Positions 27,022 through 40,689 of a stretch of 64,000 bases of DNA are shown in pieces. The position numbers and the translations under genes were made by a program. The notes under the pieces were generated by a model. That model saw nothing but the letters and a program-made list of their open reading frames with translations. It was not told the origin of the DNA and did no database searches. How positions within the stretch are numbered: position 1 is the stretch's first letter; every line of letters begins with the position of its first letter. Source of the DNA: Eledone cirrhosa (Eukaryota); the NCBI GenBank assembly GCA_964016885.1, contig OZ024740.1:85188001-85252000 (forward strand), given 5' to 3'.

Positions 27022-27625
27022 CAGGTCACCAGTTGGTGCTACTGGTAACATGTATTCCAGTACAACCTGTCCCATGGTCGGGTCGTTGGCGACTAAACTG
27101 GCAACCCCACCAAGGTTTCTTGGTGAGGAGGGTGACTTTGGACATCCTGCAGGACTAAAAACAAAACCTGTCAAAGGGCAATGGAGCTCTTAAGAATCAA
27201 TGGCCATCCAAAATCACCGGAAGAGATGACCCCTTAGCCTTTATCAAGGCAGAATTCTAGGAGAAGGAAAACTCTGATATAACACCCGCAACCCTGATGG
27301 TATCCAATGATGTTGACTTGTTCTTCTTTTTGGTAAATATCATCTTGGTTAAGAGAGTGGGACTGGCTTTGTGCAGTGCCTTTGCTCACTATAAAAGCTT
27401 CACGGCACAGGCATTACTTTATATCTGGAGATCGCTGCACTTGTCGTCACATGGTACCAAGGGCCCAGCACTATGTGTAAATAATTGTCACAAGTGTAGT
27501 GTTTGTACCAGAGTTTTCAAGTCGCTGGCTGGACTAAAAAGTCACACTCGTTCAGCACATCGGTAGGGGTTCTCCTACATGGATATAAAGTAGTGGCCGT
27601 ACTCGAAAACGAGTTGGCAGCACCA
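27022..27625 (+). mobile_element. Non-autonomous RTE-like element with terminal C2H2 remnant and (TATG)n tail
   Basis: GC-rich 5' part (gttggcgactaaactggcaacccc) and a 3' part encoding HKCSVCTRVFKSLAGLKSHTRSAH, typical of RTE C-termini. Confidence 0.6.
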
Positions 27626-28039
27626 TGTATGTATGTATGTAGGTATGTCTGTTTAGCGGTTGTCTAGGACTTCCATACACATACGATCAACAAAGCAAAT
27701 AAAAATAAAAAAGATTAAATATTTCAGTTGTTTAGTTTCAGTCATTCGACTGGTTTCTCTGTTCTATTGGAACAGTGTCTTAAAGAATTTTAGTAATTAT
27801 ATCGATAAATTACTACATTACCGGATAGCAGCAAGAACACAGAAACACACACACACACACACACACACAGACACAGACACACACACATTCTCTCTCTTCC
27901 TCCCTCGCACCCACACATCTACATTGAATACAAACATAGTGTTTCAAATAATGTTTATACAGACTTGCAATTATTCATTTCTAATAAACTGTCACGTTAC
28001 GGGGGTCATATTTCCCAAGCAACATCGGGTACTACTGGT

Positions 28040-28114
<75 letters not shown>

Positions 28115-28197
28115 ATATATATATGTGTGTGTGTGTATATATATATATCCCAAAAATAAACGGAAGCAATATAGTACGCTTGATATAGTAGGAAAAG

Positions 28198-28236
28198 AGT
28201 GTTAACGTTTCGGACATTAGTCCTTCATCAGAAAAT
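28198..28236 (-). ncRNA. Minimal hammerhead core (stem I degenerate)
   Basis: CTGATGA-A-GGAC taat GTCC-GAAA-CGT-TA. Relatives at 45663-45700 (-) and ~39885-39920 (+). Confidence 0.6.
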
Positions 28237-28864
28237 AGAGTGAGAAGAGGAAGGAACGGAAACATTTTTGAGAGAAAAGCACTTGTATACTCAGTAAGCC
28301 GCCATCGGGAGTGAGTGATACACACACACACACACATATATATACATACATACAAAAATATATAGATAGCTAGATAGATAGATAGAGAGAGAGAGAGAAG
28401 GAAGATAGAGATAGAGATAGAGAGAGAGAGCGAGAGCGAGAGCGAGAGAGAAATATTTATATTGAGAGGCATATATACATACATGAATACATAAATACAG
28501 GCTTACATATATACATGCATACATTCACTTATACATACATACGCACACACATGTCTAGAAATATATTTTTAAACTATAATTGTAAAATACGTTTATTGTT
28601 AAATCAATATGCAATCACTTGTTGAAATATTGGTGTGTATGTTAACTATATTCATTACATTCTGAAATTAAGGCACCCCGACCATGGTGTCCTTGTTAGA
28701 GATTTGGTAAATGCTAACTTAACATAAACAATGGCAAAGTGCCAAAGATACATCTATTTAATATCAGGTCATTCTTTGTTTGGTAAGTGTACAATTTGGA
28801 CCGCTTCCAAGAAAAAAATGTCTGAGCTTTCTTTACACAACACACAGCTCAGGTACTGTGTGTT

Positions 28865-28898
<34 letters not shown>

Positions 28899-28905
<7 letters not shown>

Positions 28906-29256
28906 GTGAGGTTTTTTTTACAAAATGAAAAATAACCGAGGTGTCCTACACGAGTGAAAGTATAAAGAAAAAAAGATGAAATCGAAAATGCAACTGGAGT
29001 CTTATTTTTTTTAAAAATATATATATTTATTTGGTTCCTTTACCGGTTTCGAAGTTCTTCTGCTTTTCAAAAGTAGAGTTGAGATGGAGGGTCTGTGGTT
29101 TTTCTCACATCTGAAAAACCACAGACCCTCCATCTCAACTCTACTTTTGAAAAGCAGAAGAACTGCGAAACCGGTAAAGGAACAAAATAAATATATATAT
29201 TTAAACAAAAAATAAGACTCCAGTTGCATTTTCGATTTCATCTTTTTTTCTTTATA
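28899..29256. mobile_element. PLE terminal fold-back insert: ~144-bp arms 28961-29104 / 29113-29256, tail 28899-28960, in (TA)n
   Basis: Near-perfect palindrome with the HHR 3' half GC-GAAA-CCGG-TA-AAGGA. Same family at 41521-41665, 42404-42622 and 58938-59003. Confidence 0.85.
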
Positions 29257-29271
29257 TATATATATATATAT

Positions 29272-30588
29272 AGGACAAAGTATGACCCCGACGGCAGAGC
29301 TCAAGCCGTTTCGACGGCTATTTCTGGACTAAATTAGAATTTTTAGCCTGGTGAATAAATAGCCGAACTTGTCAAGTGGGTACTTCTTTATATGAGAAGA
29401 TTGTAGTTGTCAAGAGGATTGGTTAAAATTTGTTGTAAACACAAATAAGTCTATCATGGCATTTGGTGGGAGGTAGGGGTGGCTGAACTTGCCTGTAGAA
29501 CAATAGGGGAGTGAGTGGAGCGGTCAAGCGTTGAAGGTGATATGTATACAGCAGATTCTAAGGATAGTGTATGAAGTGGAGGAGGGAGGTTATAGAATAG
29601 GCAAATCGAATGAGAGTAGGAGACAATAAAAGATAACAGAAATTAAAAAAATATATATATATAAAATTAGATAGTGAAAAATGAATAAAAATAATCACAA
29701 TGCTATCTTACAATTGCAGGTTAAGAAGTTGAGAATAGAAAAACCTTGAGTAGTAACAAAACTGATACAAAATTAAAGGGGTTTTAACACATCTGCTATA
29801 AGTAGTTAGTAAAACGTATTCGGCCAATTCTATCTTAAAATTACAGGGGTGGGGGAACTGATGCTACAGAAGCCCGATGGGCTGCATCGGGGTAGACGAA
29901 AGAGGAAAAGCAGACGAGGGAGAAAATAGGGGGTGGAAGGAAGTGATAGGATGAGACAGAGGAAGAAGACAAAGAGGAAAAGAAAAGAGATACATATACC
30001 TATGTAAGCTGGGGTTTTCCCTAACTTATTCGGCAAGTGGGGGGGTATCAGCTCTTGTCTACCCACCCGGATCGTTATGGGGTTTGAGTGCGAGGTAAGT
30101 CCTACGCAATCTATGTTTGCATGCGGTTACCAGTTCGTCTTTCTTGTTTAGGAGTTGGTCCTTCGAAAACAGCATTTGTAATGTTTCCTCCGAGCATAAA
30201 TTACATGGACGGCGTCCTCCCGTGTAAGAGTTAGCTTTGGACAGTAAGCTCCAAGTGAGATTGTAGGTTATATTATTTTGTTGGAGGTCCCAGATGTGGC
30301 CCGAAAGTGTAGTGGCATGTCGCCGGACCGGGTTTCGGAAAGTATGTCGGTGTTGGTAGAGCCGGGTCTTCAAGTCACACGCGGTTAATCCTATATAAGC
30401 TTTGTTGTCGGTCTCCGCCCTCACGTTGCACTGGTAGATCACGTTACGTTCTCGGCATTTGTTGTTGAGGGGGCACGTAGATCTATCAGGGCAGTTACAC
30501 CTCCTGGTCGGCTCTCCACTGATGTCTAAATTTTTTTGTGAAGAGCAAACCTTTAATTTTTTGGGGTGGGGAAAATAAAAATACACAC

Positions 30589-30590
<2 letters not shown>
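29272..30590 (-). mobile_element. 5'-truncated PLE (GIY-YIG + 3' UTR + HHR 3' half) flanked by (TA)n on both sides
   Basis: ORF at 30059-30580. The terminus ccgtc-GAAA-cggc-tt-gagctc is shared with 46196-46310 and 59760-59812. Confidence 0.8.
30059..30580 (-). pseudogene. PLE GIY-YIG endonuclease domain (intact fragment)
   Basis: [26 protein letters not shown]...[21 protein letters not shown]...LSGHIWDL...CNLCSEE...[14 protein letters not shown]. Confidence 0.9.
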
Positions 30591-30641
<51 letters not shown>

Positions 30642-30691
30642 GTATTTCCGTGGGAAGGGTAAAGGAATGGAGTGTGCTCTAAGTAATTTTC

Positions 30692-30750
<59 letters not shown>

Positions 30751-32070
30751 GTGTATAGTGGGAGCTATGTTGCTTCCATGGGCGGTATGCCAAAATTAGC
30801 ACTCAATATTCATACAGAGCAGAGTGTGGATAGTATAAAAAAAATGAAAAATCAGTGATGATGCATCTAGACTCAGTTTATTGCGTGTTACAATTGTTTC
30901 GCCGGCAGGTAGCTCGAGAAATGATCACTGTATGGATCTGGCTGATTCTACGGCTGCAGGTTCCTTCGGACACGGGCAATTCGTTCGGAGCAAATTTTCT
31001 CACTGGGGTGTTATCGTAAAAAAACACCTTCAAAAAACATCTTCCACTCTTGTCATGCCATTGGCTGTTGTTATTCTACGTCATCTTAAGTTCTGGTCAC
31101 TAGTTACTGCTACACGGGTCATCACCCATTTTCCGTCCGACACACTTCAATGAGCCATGCTGGGTTCGGTATCTCACACGTCTGTTCACACTCCAGAGTA
31201 TGTACCCATACATACACACACATATACACACACACACGCAGGCAGACACACATGCATGCATACACATATGTACGCATACATGTGTAGACACACATACCCC
31301 CATGCACATATATACACGCACACACTCTCCCTCTCTTCCACAAACCCAGGCACACCCTCATCCAGATACCGACCGCCACATACCTATTGGCGCTTGCCTA
31401 AACAGCGCCATACATCCGGTCTCACACGCACGCATACTCGAACACGCGCGCAGACACACACGTCCACGCATACAAAGATACATATCGGAGTTCGGGCACA
31501 TCAGAAAAAATATACACAAACACTCTCAGACACATACATGGATACACACGCACATACACGCATATCCTTATTGATAGGCATCAAGGACAGACACACTTCC
31601 AAAGACATAAGCACACATACACACACATACACACAACTGTACATATATCTCCACACAAGTACATGTACCCGCATATAAACACATAGACAAACCCTGTCCT
31701 ATGTGGGTGTACGTACGCGCCCACACATACCTCCACTGACAGATACTCACACCATATATATATTTATTTATATATGTGTGTGTACATAGACACACACACA
31801 CATATACACACGGATGCAGACACACACGTATATACATATACATATATGTATACGCACACATACATACACATACACATGTATACACGCACATACACATACA
31901 TACTTATACGCACATATGTCCATATGTGTACACCCACCCACGCAAACATACACATATACACACACATACGCGCGCACATATACATACGCAAAACCTTATA
32001 TACATATATATATATATATATATATACATACACATACATACAAAATACACATACGTACACCTAACTACAT

Positions 32071-32105
<35 letters not shown>

Positions 32106-32374
32106 AAACCTCTACATGCATACGCACACCCACATATATACATACATATATACATGCACACATATATACATGTACATACATATACATACGCACACGGACG
32201 GCCACATGCACACACATGCACATATGCATATTTGCTTACACACACATGCTTCCACATATACATATATAAACAAAACCGTAAAATACATATACAATATACA
32301 ATGAAAATACAATATACAATAAAATAACAATAAAATAACATAAAATAAAATAACAATATAGTATACAATATAAT

Positions 32375-32409
<35 letters not shown>

Positions 32410-32414
<5 letters not shown>

Positions 32415-33515
32415 GATTTTTAATGCAATGAAATATCTATGATCTTCGGCAAATCACTGATGAGGGACTCATTTTATTACATGTTATCCATGTGCTACCT
32501 GCAGTATTTTTCTCTATATTTTATTACATATATTTACCACTGCGATTCTGTGTATTTTTCTCTCTATCTTACTGTTCCCCCTTCTCTCTGTTTCTCCTCC
32601 TCTGTCATGTCAGTTAACTCTTCCTCACACTTTCACTCACTCACTGTTTCTCTCTCTTCTCTTCATTTAATCCTGTACACCACGAAGGCTATTTTTCTCT
32701 CTCCGCTCATAGCCTTCGCTCGTGTACTGTCTGTTCTAAAAGCGCTCATATATTCACCTAGCTTATGCTAAACAGAATAATTTTTGAAGCTTGTTTCTTC
32801 CCCCTACGGTTAGCTATACTTTTTGTTGTTCTCCTGTCTCACTCGCTTTATGCGTTTCAATTGTCCTAATAACTTATTTTGGTTATTATTGCACCGAGGT
32901 GAGGTATATGATTTTTAATGCAATGAAATATCTATGATCTTCGGCAAATCACTGATGAGGGACTCATTTTATTACATGTTATCCATGTGCTACCTGCAGT
33001 ATTTTTCTCTATATTTTATTACATATATTTACCACTGCGATTCTGTGTATTTTTCTCTCTCTCTTACTGTTCCCCCTTCTCTCTGTTTCTCCCCCTCTGT
33101 CATGTCAGTTAACTCTTCCTCACACTTTCACTCACTCACTGTTTCTCTCTCTTCTCTTCATTTCATCCTGTACACCACGAAGGCTATTTTTCTCTCTCCG
33201 CTCATAGCCTTCGCTCGTGTACTGTCTGTTCTAAAAGCGCTCATATATTCACCTAGCTTATGCTAAACAGAATCATTTTTGAAGCTTGTTTCTTCCTCCT
33301 ACGGTTAGCTATACTTTTTGTTGTTCTCCTGTCTCACTCGCTTTACGCGTTTCAATTGTCCTAATAACTTATTTTGGTTATTATTGCACCGAGGTGAGGT
33401 ATATGATTTTTAATGCAATGAAATATCTATGATCTTCGGCAAATCACTGATGAGGGACTCATTTTATTACATGTTATCCATGTGCTACCTGCAGTATTTT
33501 TCTCTATATTTTATT
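32410..33515. repeat. 495-bp tandem repeat, ~2.2 copies, flanked by (TA)n
   Basis: Units start at ~32413, 32908 and 33403. The ORFs at 32439 and 32934 are near-identical and 495 bp apart. Confidence 0.92.
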
Positions 33516-34598
33516 ATATATATATATATATATATACAATGGATATATGATAAAATAATACATAATAAAATGAATATATAATCCATCCGTACACATTCCT
33601 GTGAGATGTACACATATATATACATACACATAAATACACATACATATAGAGACCCACATATACGTACATACGCACACACACATATATATACATACGCACC
33701 CACATACACACACATACTCATACACACATACATATATACATATATATACATACGCACCCACATATGTACATACATGTACATGCATGCACACACACACGCG
33801 TATAAGCTCATACATATATGTACACATGCACACATACACACCCCCATACACACACACGTATATATATATACCTACATACACACACACATACATATACATA
33901 CGCACAGGTCTACACATAAAAACATACATATAAACACAATAAGATAATAAAATAAAAATAAATAAATTTACAATATGTTAAAATACATTAAAATCTGTAT
34001 GTAACTTCACAAAGAGATAAATAAAAAAAGGGGGGAGGTACAGGTGAAGGTGCGTGTATCCATGTGATATATTACACACAGGTAGTATGAGGTGCAAACT
34101 TAGGTCCGTATATGGAACAAGTAACAATAACAAAACAATAATAACAGTAATAATAATTGTTCCAAAGTGGAACATGTGGAGAGTATATATTCACGATTTA
34201 CGGGGTACACATTCAAGGGGACGCTTGGCCCGGTCACCATGGGGTATGCCACCGTGGTTGGGGTGTGCTGTTCTATATGTTTGGGGTATTTGACTGGACG
34301 ACCGTGGACTCCGTGTTAGTCGGTCCCGGTATAGGCGATGTACCTGCCCAATGCTGCGTGCTCGGTCAGGTGTGCACCCTGGTTTACTTATGTTTGCCAC
34401 ACAATGTCATCAGGGCATGGTGTTAGGTCCCTTAATTCCGGAAAATGGCTGATGACCCGTGTAGCAGTAAATAGTGACCAGAACTTAAGATGACGTAGAA
34501 TAACAACAGCCAATGGCATGACAAGAGTGGAAGATGTTTTTTTAAGGTGTTTTTCACGATAACACTCCAGTGAGAAAATTTGCTCCGAATGAATTGCC

Positions 34599-34689
34599 CG
34601 TGTCCGAAGGAACCTGCAGCCGTAGAATCAGCTAGATCCATACAGTGATCATGTCTCGAGCTACCTGCCGGCGAAACAATTGTAACACG
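34599..34689 (+). ncRNA. Hammerhead-like motif with non-canonical core (CCGAAGG); mirror copy at 30884-30974 (-), relative at 59983-60071 (+)
   Basis: CGTGT-CCGAAGG-A-ACCTGCAG...CTGCCGGC-GAAA-CAATTG-TA-ACACG. Confidence 0.5.
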
Positions 34690-34734
34690 CAATAAACTGA
34701 GTCCAGATGCATCACTGATTTTTCGTTTTTTTTA

Positions 34735-34800
<66 letters not shown>

Positions 34801-35051
34801 AGGAAGTTATAGTTCACTTGAAGCATTGTGTAATGAGGTATAAACGTAAATCCAAAACAATGCAGGTATGGACATAGAATAAAGAATGCAAATGCAAAAG
34901 ATATTGTTGACAATTAGTCTTTTACCTTAGATTTATTTAAATGTCCTTAATTTTCGAGGTAATATCTCTTTTTCGGAGGGAAGTAAAGCGGTTAAACCAG
35001 TGTTCTAAATAGCTTGCCAAGTCATGCATTCTTTATTCTATCTCGATGGCT

Positions 35052-35137
<86 letters not shown>

Positions 35138-35170
35138 GTTTTTACCTTTTATTATTTATTTACAAGATAA

Positions 35171-35390
35171 GGGCGGTGGATTGGCAGTATCGGTAGAGTG
35201 TCGCACACCATGCTTTGCAGCATAGAGTTACAGTCCTTTACGGTGTGAGTTCAAATCCTGCCGAGGTTAACTTTACCTTTCATCCTTACGAGGTCGATAA
35301 AATAAAGCACCAGTAACGTACTGGGGTCGATTTAATCGACTTTCTTCTCCCACCAAATTACTGGCCTTGTGCCTACACTAGAAATCATTA
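35171..35390 (+). mobile_element. tRNA-derived SINE (full length)
   Basis: Matches the SINE consensus. Confidence 0.88.
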
Positions 35391-36466
35391 TTTATTTACA
35401 AGATAATCAATATAAAACTTCGAGCTGGCTATCTTCAACTTTTTTCTTGTCACTACGACTAACGGATGAGGTATATAAATTATACATGGTTAGTTGGTTT
35501 TAGCTTGTTATTCTCCCACTGTCGTTGGTCGTCTCTTAATTGTATTTGTGCTTTATCGATGCGATCAACTATTATCGCTTGTTATTGTAATTATTTCAGC
35601 TGTAATTGTCAGTAACAGGGATTTTCTATTTTTGTCAGCTTCTATTGTCATGGTAATTGTTTAAGTGTAGCTGTCTATTATCAATTCAATTACAATTATT
35701 ATCGTTATTGTAATTTCTACTAAGCTGCCGTTACGTTTCATTATAATGAGGGGAATCTTAACATTGTTGTAAATTGTTAAATGTAGGTTAGGCTTAGTAT
35801 TCTTGTGTGTGATTTAGCCCAGTGGCTCTTAACCTCTTTTACTCCATTCTCCACCACGATAACTAAAAAAACTAGATGCTCCCCTCAATATATATTAAAA
35901 AAAATCATCCTTCGTGCTAAAAAGATTTAATGTAAAATTTAGAAATTAACCATCCCAAATATTTAAATTTATCCCATGTTGGGTGAGCACCCAACATTCA
36001 GAGTCTTTTGCTGAATCGGGAGAGAAAAGCAAGCAACCATGATCTCATTTCTTTTCTTTTAAAGGTCCCCAAAATTGGCAGAGAAATGGGAGAAGAAATT
36101 TAATCGACTTTCCCGTCCCTTGTACCAAATATAGAAAGCATTGTTTGTATCAACACATATAAGCTAAAACTAGAGTTGTATAAGTATGGCATATCCCGAG
36201 TCATGTAGAACCGTTCATTCGAGGGAAGTCCTGTATTAAATCAGATTTGTTCGAATGGAACAGGAAAACACTGTTACACAGGCGTTAATATACGTGTCAT
36301 ATTGAGGAGAAAAGTACATTTTCCAGGGCAGCAGCCCAGCAGTAGAGTGACTGTCTAAGTAGCTTCAGCTGATGTACTCACTACATACTGCATTTTATGT
36401 ATTAAACATTTTGAAAAGTAAAGAGCTGTGGCTAGGCACAACTGTTTGAAACATAACTCTCTCTCC

Positions 36467-36526
<60 letters not shown>

Positions 36527-36754
36527 CAGTAGCATATGGTTACTACAAGCACAAACTTCCACCATTCTACATGTCAATTTCATCTAAACAGTTTCCTTCC
36601 TGTTAGGAACTGTCTTGTTATAATTTTCTATACAACAATTTCTCATGCCAGTGGCTCTAGTCTTAATAAGTGCGTGTGTGCATTGATGTTCTCTCTCTTT
36701 CACTCACTGCCTCCGCCTCTCTCACTCACACCATCTCTCACTATTATATGCAAA

Positions 36755-37330
36755 TAGGAAACCATGCGCTGGACGTCCCGCGATCCAGGCGGGCAGAATA
36801 GAGAAGGCGATGATGGTGAGGGAGACGCGTTGGAAGAGCCATTCCAGCTCGCGAGGCTCACACCTGCGTGTGGTCAACTTCGTGCCATTGGTAGTGAGTA
36901 GGGAGGTGGCCCTAGAGCAAAGGACTCCGAAAGTCTCCACTGTTACGAGCTCGACCGAAAACCTGCCGGAGAATGACCGATACTTGGAGAGTTTACCCTC
37001 CTCGGCCCGAAGTACAGTGAAGCCTGGATTAGTCGCAGCCTGCACCAAGTTGCCGCTGGAAAAGGTGTCGCTGCTTGTGGCATCTCGGATGAGGGGTATA
37101 ACACCGCGGGAAGATGGTCATGCCGTCTGGCCTTTTGCCGTCCCCTCGGTCAAGCCCCGCCGGCTCGAGCTGGGAGGGGAAGCCGGCAGCATTCAAGCCA
37201 TGCTATATGATTGTGTTGAGAGCAGCGTGGCGTGGAAGGTGGCCGGCACTGTAATGACAAGACAGCGGGTGGAGACCAAAATAGTATGCAGGGCTCCACA
37301 ATGACATTTATGTGGCTCGCAAATCCGTGT
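36755..37330 (-). pseudogene. CRE-like non-LTR retrotransposon RLE C-terminal fragment
   Basis: GC-rich. Minus-strand peptides [46 protein letters not shown]. Confidence 0.7.
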
Positions 37331-37578
37331 TAATACAATTTCAGTGCATCTCCATCGCTATATTCTGGGGTAACCCATTCGCAATTTTGTCCCCTAGTAC
37401 CAGAAAGTAACAAATTAGATGAGGTGGCAGTATTGATAATTAATAAAAGCTTCTTTTTCTTTTTAACACAGTTTTATATATTTTTTTGTCGCTATTACAT
37501 GTATGTATGTATGTATGTATGTATGTATGTATGTATGTATGTATGTATGTATGTATGTATGTATGTATGTATGTATGT

Positions 37579-37760
37579 TTTCTCTTTCTCTTAATTTCGA
37601 GTATATTTTTTTGACCGGCCACCTTCCTGGTGGCAAGGTTGTAAAAGAAAAGAAATTGTCATCCCTTGAATCGCAAGAATGTTTTGCATATTTTGAAGGT
37701 GCCAGCTATCGCAGCCATTTGTAGACTATGAATTAGGGAGCTGCGCTTTTTGTCCGCAAA
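37579..37760 (-). mobile_element. Second, shorter 3' copy of the RLE LINE at 26348-26940, also inside (CATA)n
   Basis: Near-identical sequence (FADKKRSSLIHSLQMAAIAGTFKICKTFLRFKG plus 3' UTR). Confidence 0.9.
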
Positions 37761-37877
37761 GTATGTATGTATGTATGTATGTATGTATGTATGTATGTAT
37801 GTATGTATGTGTGTGTGTGCGCATATGTATGTATGTATGTATGTATGTATATATGTATGTGTATGTATATGTGTGTG

Positions 37878-37930
<53 letters not shown>

Positions 37931-38305
37931 ATGTATGTAAGTATGTATGTACATTCGTATGTACGTACGTATGTTTGTATGTATGTATGTAGGTATGTAC
38001 GTATGTATGCATGTTTGTATGTATGTATGTAGGTATGTACGTATGTATGCATGTTGGTAGTTAGAATGTATAACTCTAGAATGTGTAACTCTAGAGATTA
38101 CATGGCAAGATATCAAAGAGAACTTCAAGTCGAATGGGAAGTAATGCTTAACACTTAACTAGAGGCAAAAGAAGTCATTGGTGACTTCAGTCTAAATTAA
38201 GACACGTTTCTGAAAATAAGAATATTAACATCAATACGGTTATATTTGAAAAAAGATAAGTATTCACTAGGAGACTATGACACAAAGATGTATCGGTAAT
38301 GCGCG

Positions 38306-38408
<103 letters not shown>

Positions 38409-38424
38409 TGTGTGTGTGTGGGTA

Positions 38425-38662
38425 GGTAGTACAGTAAATTATTGGTGTTGGTACCAAATCAAGCACTCTATGCACAGGCAGAGTGTATATAGTAGAAAAA
38501 AATATTTGTTTGTCCCATCACCAGTCAGACGAGCTGATCGATACTGGAGTCGGGTCCATAACTCCTATGGGTTACCTTGAGCCAATCCTCTGCGAAACGC
38601 GCGTAACAAGCGGATACACAAATATTTTTTATTTGTAAACGAAACTTCCTCGTTTTTTTTTC

Positions 38663-38665
<3 letters not shown>
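38425..38665. mobile_element. PLE terminal fragment: minus tail plus plus-strand HHR-like motif (38526-38610)
   Basis: Tail agcactctatgcacaggcagagtg. Motif CAGACGA-GC...GC-GAAA-CGCGCG-TA-ACAAG. Confidence 0.55.
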
Positions 38666-38717
<52 letters not shown>

Positions 38718-39065
38718 CGTGTGTGCGCGCGCGCGTGTTTATGTCCCCTCGATATATATATTGGACACTCATATCACATACATACACACACACATAGATA
38801 TATATTATACAAACTACATAATACGATGGCTGCAGCCTGATGACGTCCGTCATCTCACACATACAAGTAACTGGTGTATGTCGGTGGCTGGTTTCCCGGG
38901 AGGTGGGGACATAGAAGGAAGTACGTGTTTAGACTCTTCCTTGAGTAGTCTGGTGCTTGGTGGTGATTGTTCGTGTATGATTTACTTTTGCTTGGGTTTA
39001 TGGATGGTTTGGGTTTAATTGTGGCTGTATAAACGTTCAAGATAAGGCAATTGATGGTCTTAGTC

Positions 39066-39105
<40 letters not shown>

Positions 39106-39119
39106 TGGGAAAAGTTGTG

Positions 39120-39480
39120 ATAAGTGGGTGAATAGAAAGGGTATTGAATTATCAGTTTCGTGGATTAAATGATACAAGATCAATGTGATTCAACTTCAAA
39201 CCAGAGTCAACCAATTTTGTTATTGGATCTGAACTCTGGCTGTGATAAAATTCGTACAATGACTTCTCTGTAACATCATATACTACAGTTGCGCACACTC
39301 TATCATCGATCGCTGGCCTTGGGTCCAGTTTCCATAATGTACTCAACTGCACTCCACAATTTCTTCACATACGCTCGCGCTTCTATATCCCTAGCCACTG
39401 TCACCCCTACCTCGTCCGCTGTCACACAAGCGCGTGCACATTCACCCCTAAATTCATATGGCTCTGTTACGGTGAGAAAC
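39120..39480 (-). pseudogene. Possible frameshifted olfactomedin-domain-like fragment
   Basis: PYEFRG...VTADEVG...VKKL...METGPKAS / RVCATVVYDV...LVSFNPRN. Resembles OLF C-terminal motifs by eye only. Confidence 0.3.
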
Positions 39481-40004
39481 AAACACTCTTGTACAGACCA
39501 ACAACAAACACACACGCACCTCTACACTTACCCTCACAGCTTCGTGTTTACAACAACAACAACAACACACACACACAAACACTCACAAACACATACACAC
39601 ACACATGCTCTGAGCTTCGAAAGAACAAACAATAAAGGCACGCACGCGCACAGGTATATGCTCTATATACCAAAACGATATTTTCCTTTTCAGCTAGATG
39701 CGTTCGATCACCGCATTTAAAACAAGACAAACTGATTTTCTTATAAGACAACACAAAAATCAACAGTTTTTTAAGAGATTGCTTCTTGAATAGACCCGTT
39801 TTCACTCAAAGAAACCTTTCCCGTTTCTGCCACTGCCCATTCTCTTCTATCTTTCTGTTTCTTCTTAAATTTCTTATTATATTTTATGTTGAAAGACTAG
39901 CGTCCGAAACGTTAAGACTCTTTCACTACTATATTTAGCGTAAAACTAATATATTTCTTCATTGTACTGAGCCGTTTGCTTTATTTCTGTTTGCCCCTTT
40001 TGCT

Positions 40005-40043
<39 letters not shown>

Positions 40044-40092
40044 AGAGAGAGAGAGAGAGAGAGTATATATGTACCAAGGATCTCACACATTT

Positions 40093-40132
<40 letters not shown>

Positions 40133-40689
40133 CATGCACTCCCACATATACACATATAAGCATATAGCTATAACAGTAACAACAACAATAACAACAATAA
40201 CACACAAGCGAAAACCAAAGGAGATCCGTCAGTGCACTATTATTTAAACAAGACAAAGGTTATGTATATAAGTTTCATCATCAAGGCTACACCAGTACAT
40301 CAACTGAGAGAAGATGTTTATAAGCTGGTCTTTTTTCTGAAGATTAAGAATATCTATTTTACGTGACTATACGGACACAGGCACAGACACACAGACACAC
40401 ACACACGCACACAAACACACAGATAAACACACCAAAGGCATACTCACACACAGAGGTAAATAGAGAGTCACACATGCACACACACCATGCACATACACGC
40501 ATGCACACGCACAGATACACAGAAACATGCATGCATACACACACAGACAGACACGCATATATATATATACGCACATACACACAATCACCTAGGCACAGAT
40601 ATGCACGAACACACACACACATAGACGCACGCACACACATACAATACACACACACACACACACAGTTTTTCACATATTTGTTGGGTTTT

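Larger units (their letters stand above)
30747..34740. mobile_element. PLE-type insert bounded by ~305-bp inverted repeats (30830-31135 / 34439-34740) with tail 30747-30829, in (TA)n
   Basis: The ORFs at 30881(+) and 34432(-) give nearly the same peptide, confirming the inverted repeat. HHR-like motif in each arm. Confidence 0.75.

Noticed and set aside
30059-30580. Selenocysteine-recoded PLE protein (known in some Naiad PLEs)
   Set aside because: The Cys positions in the intact GIY-YIG fragments are ordinary Cys codons; no in-frame TGA pattern seen.
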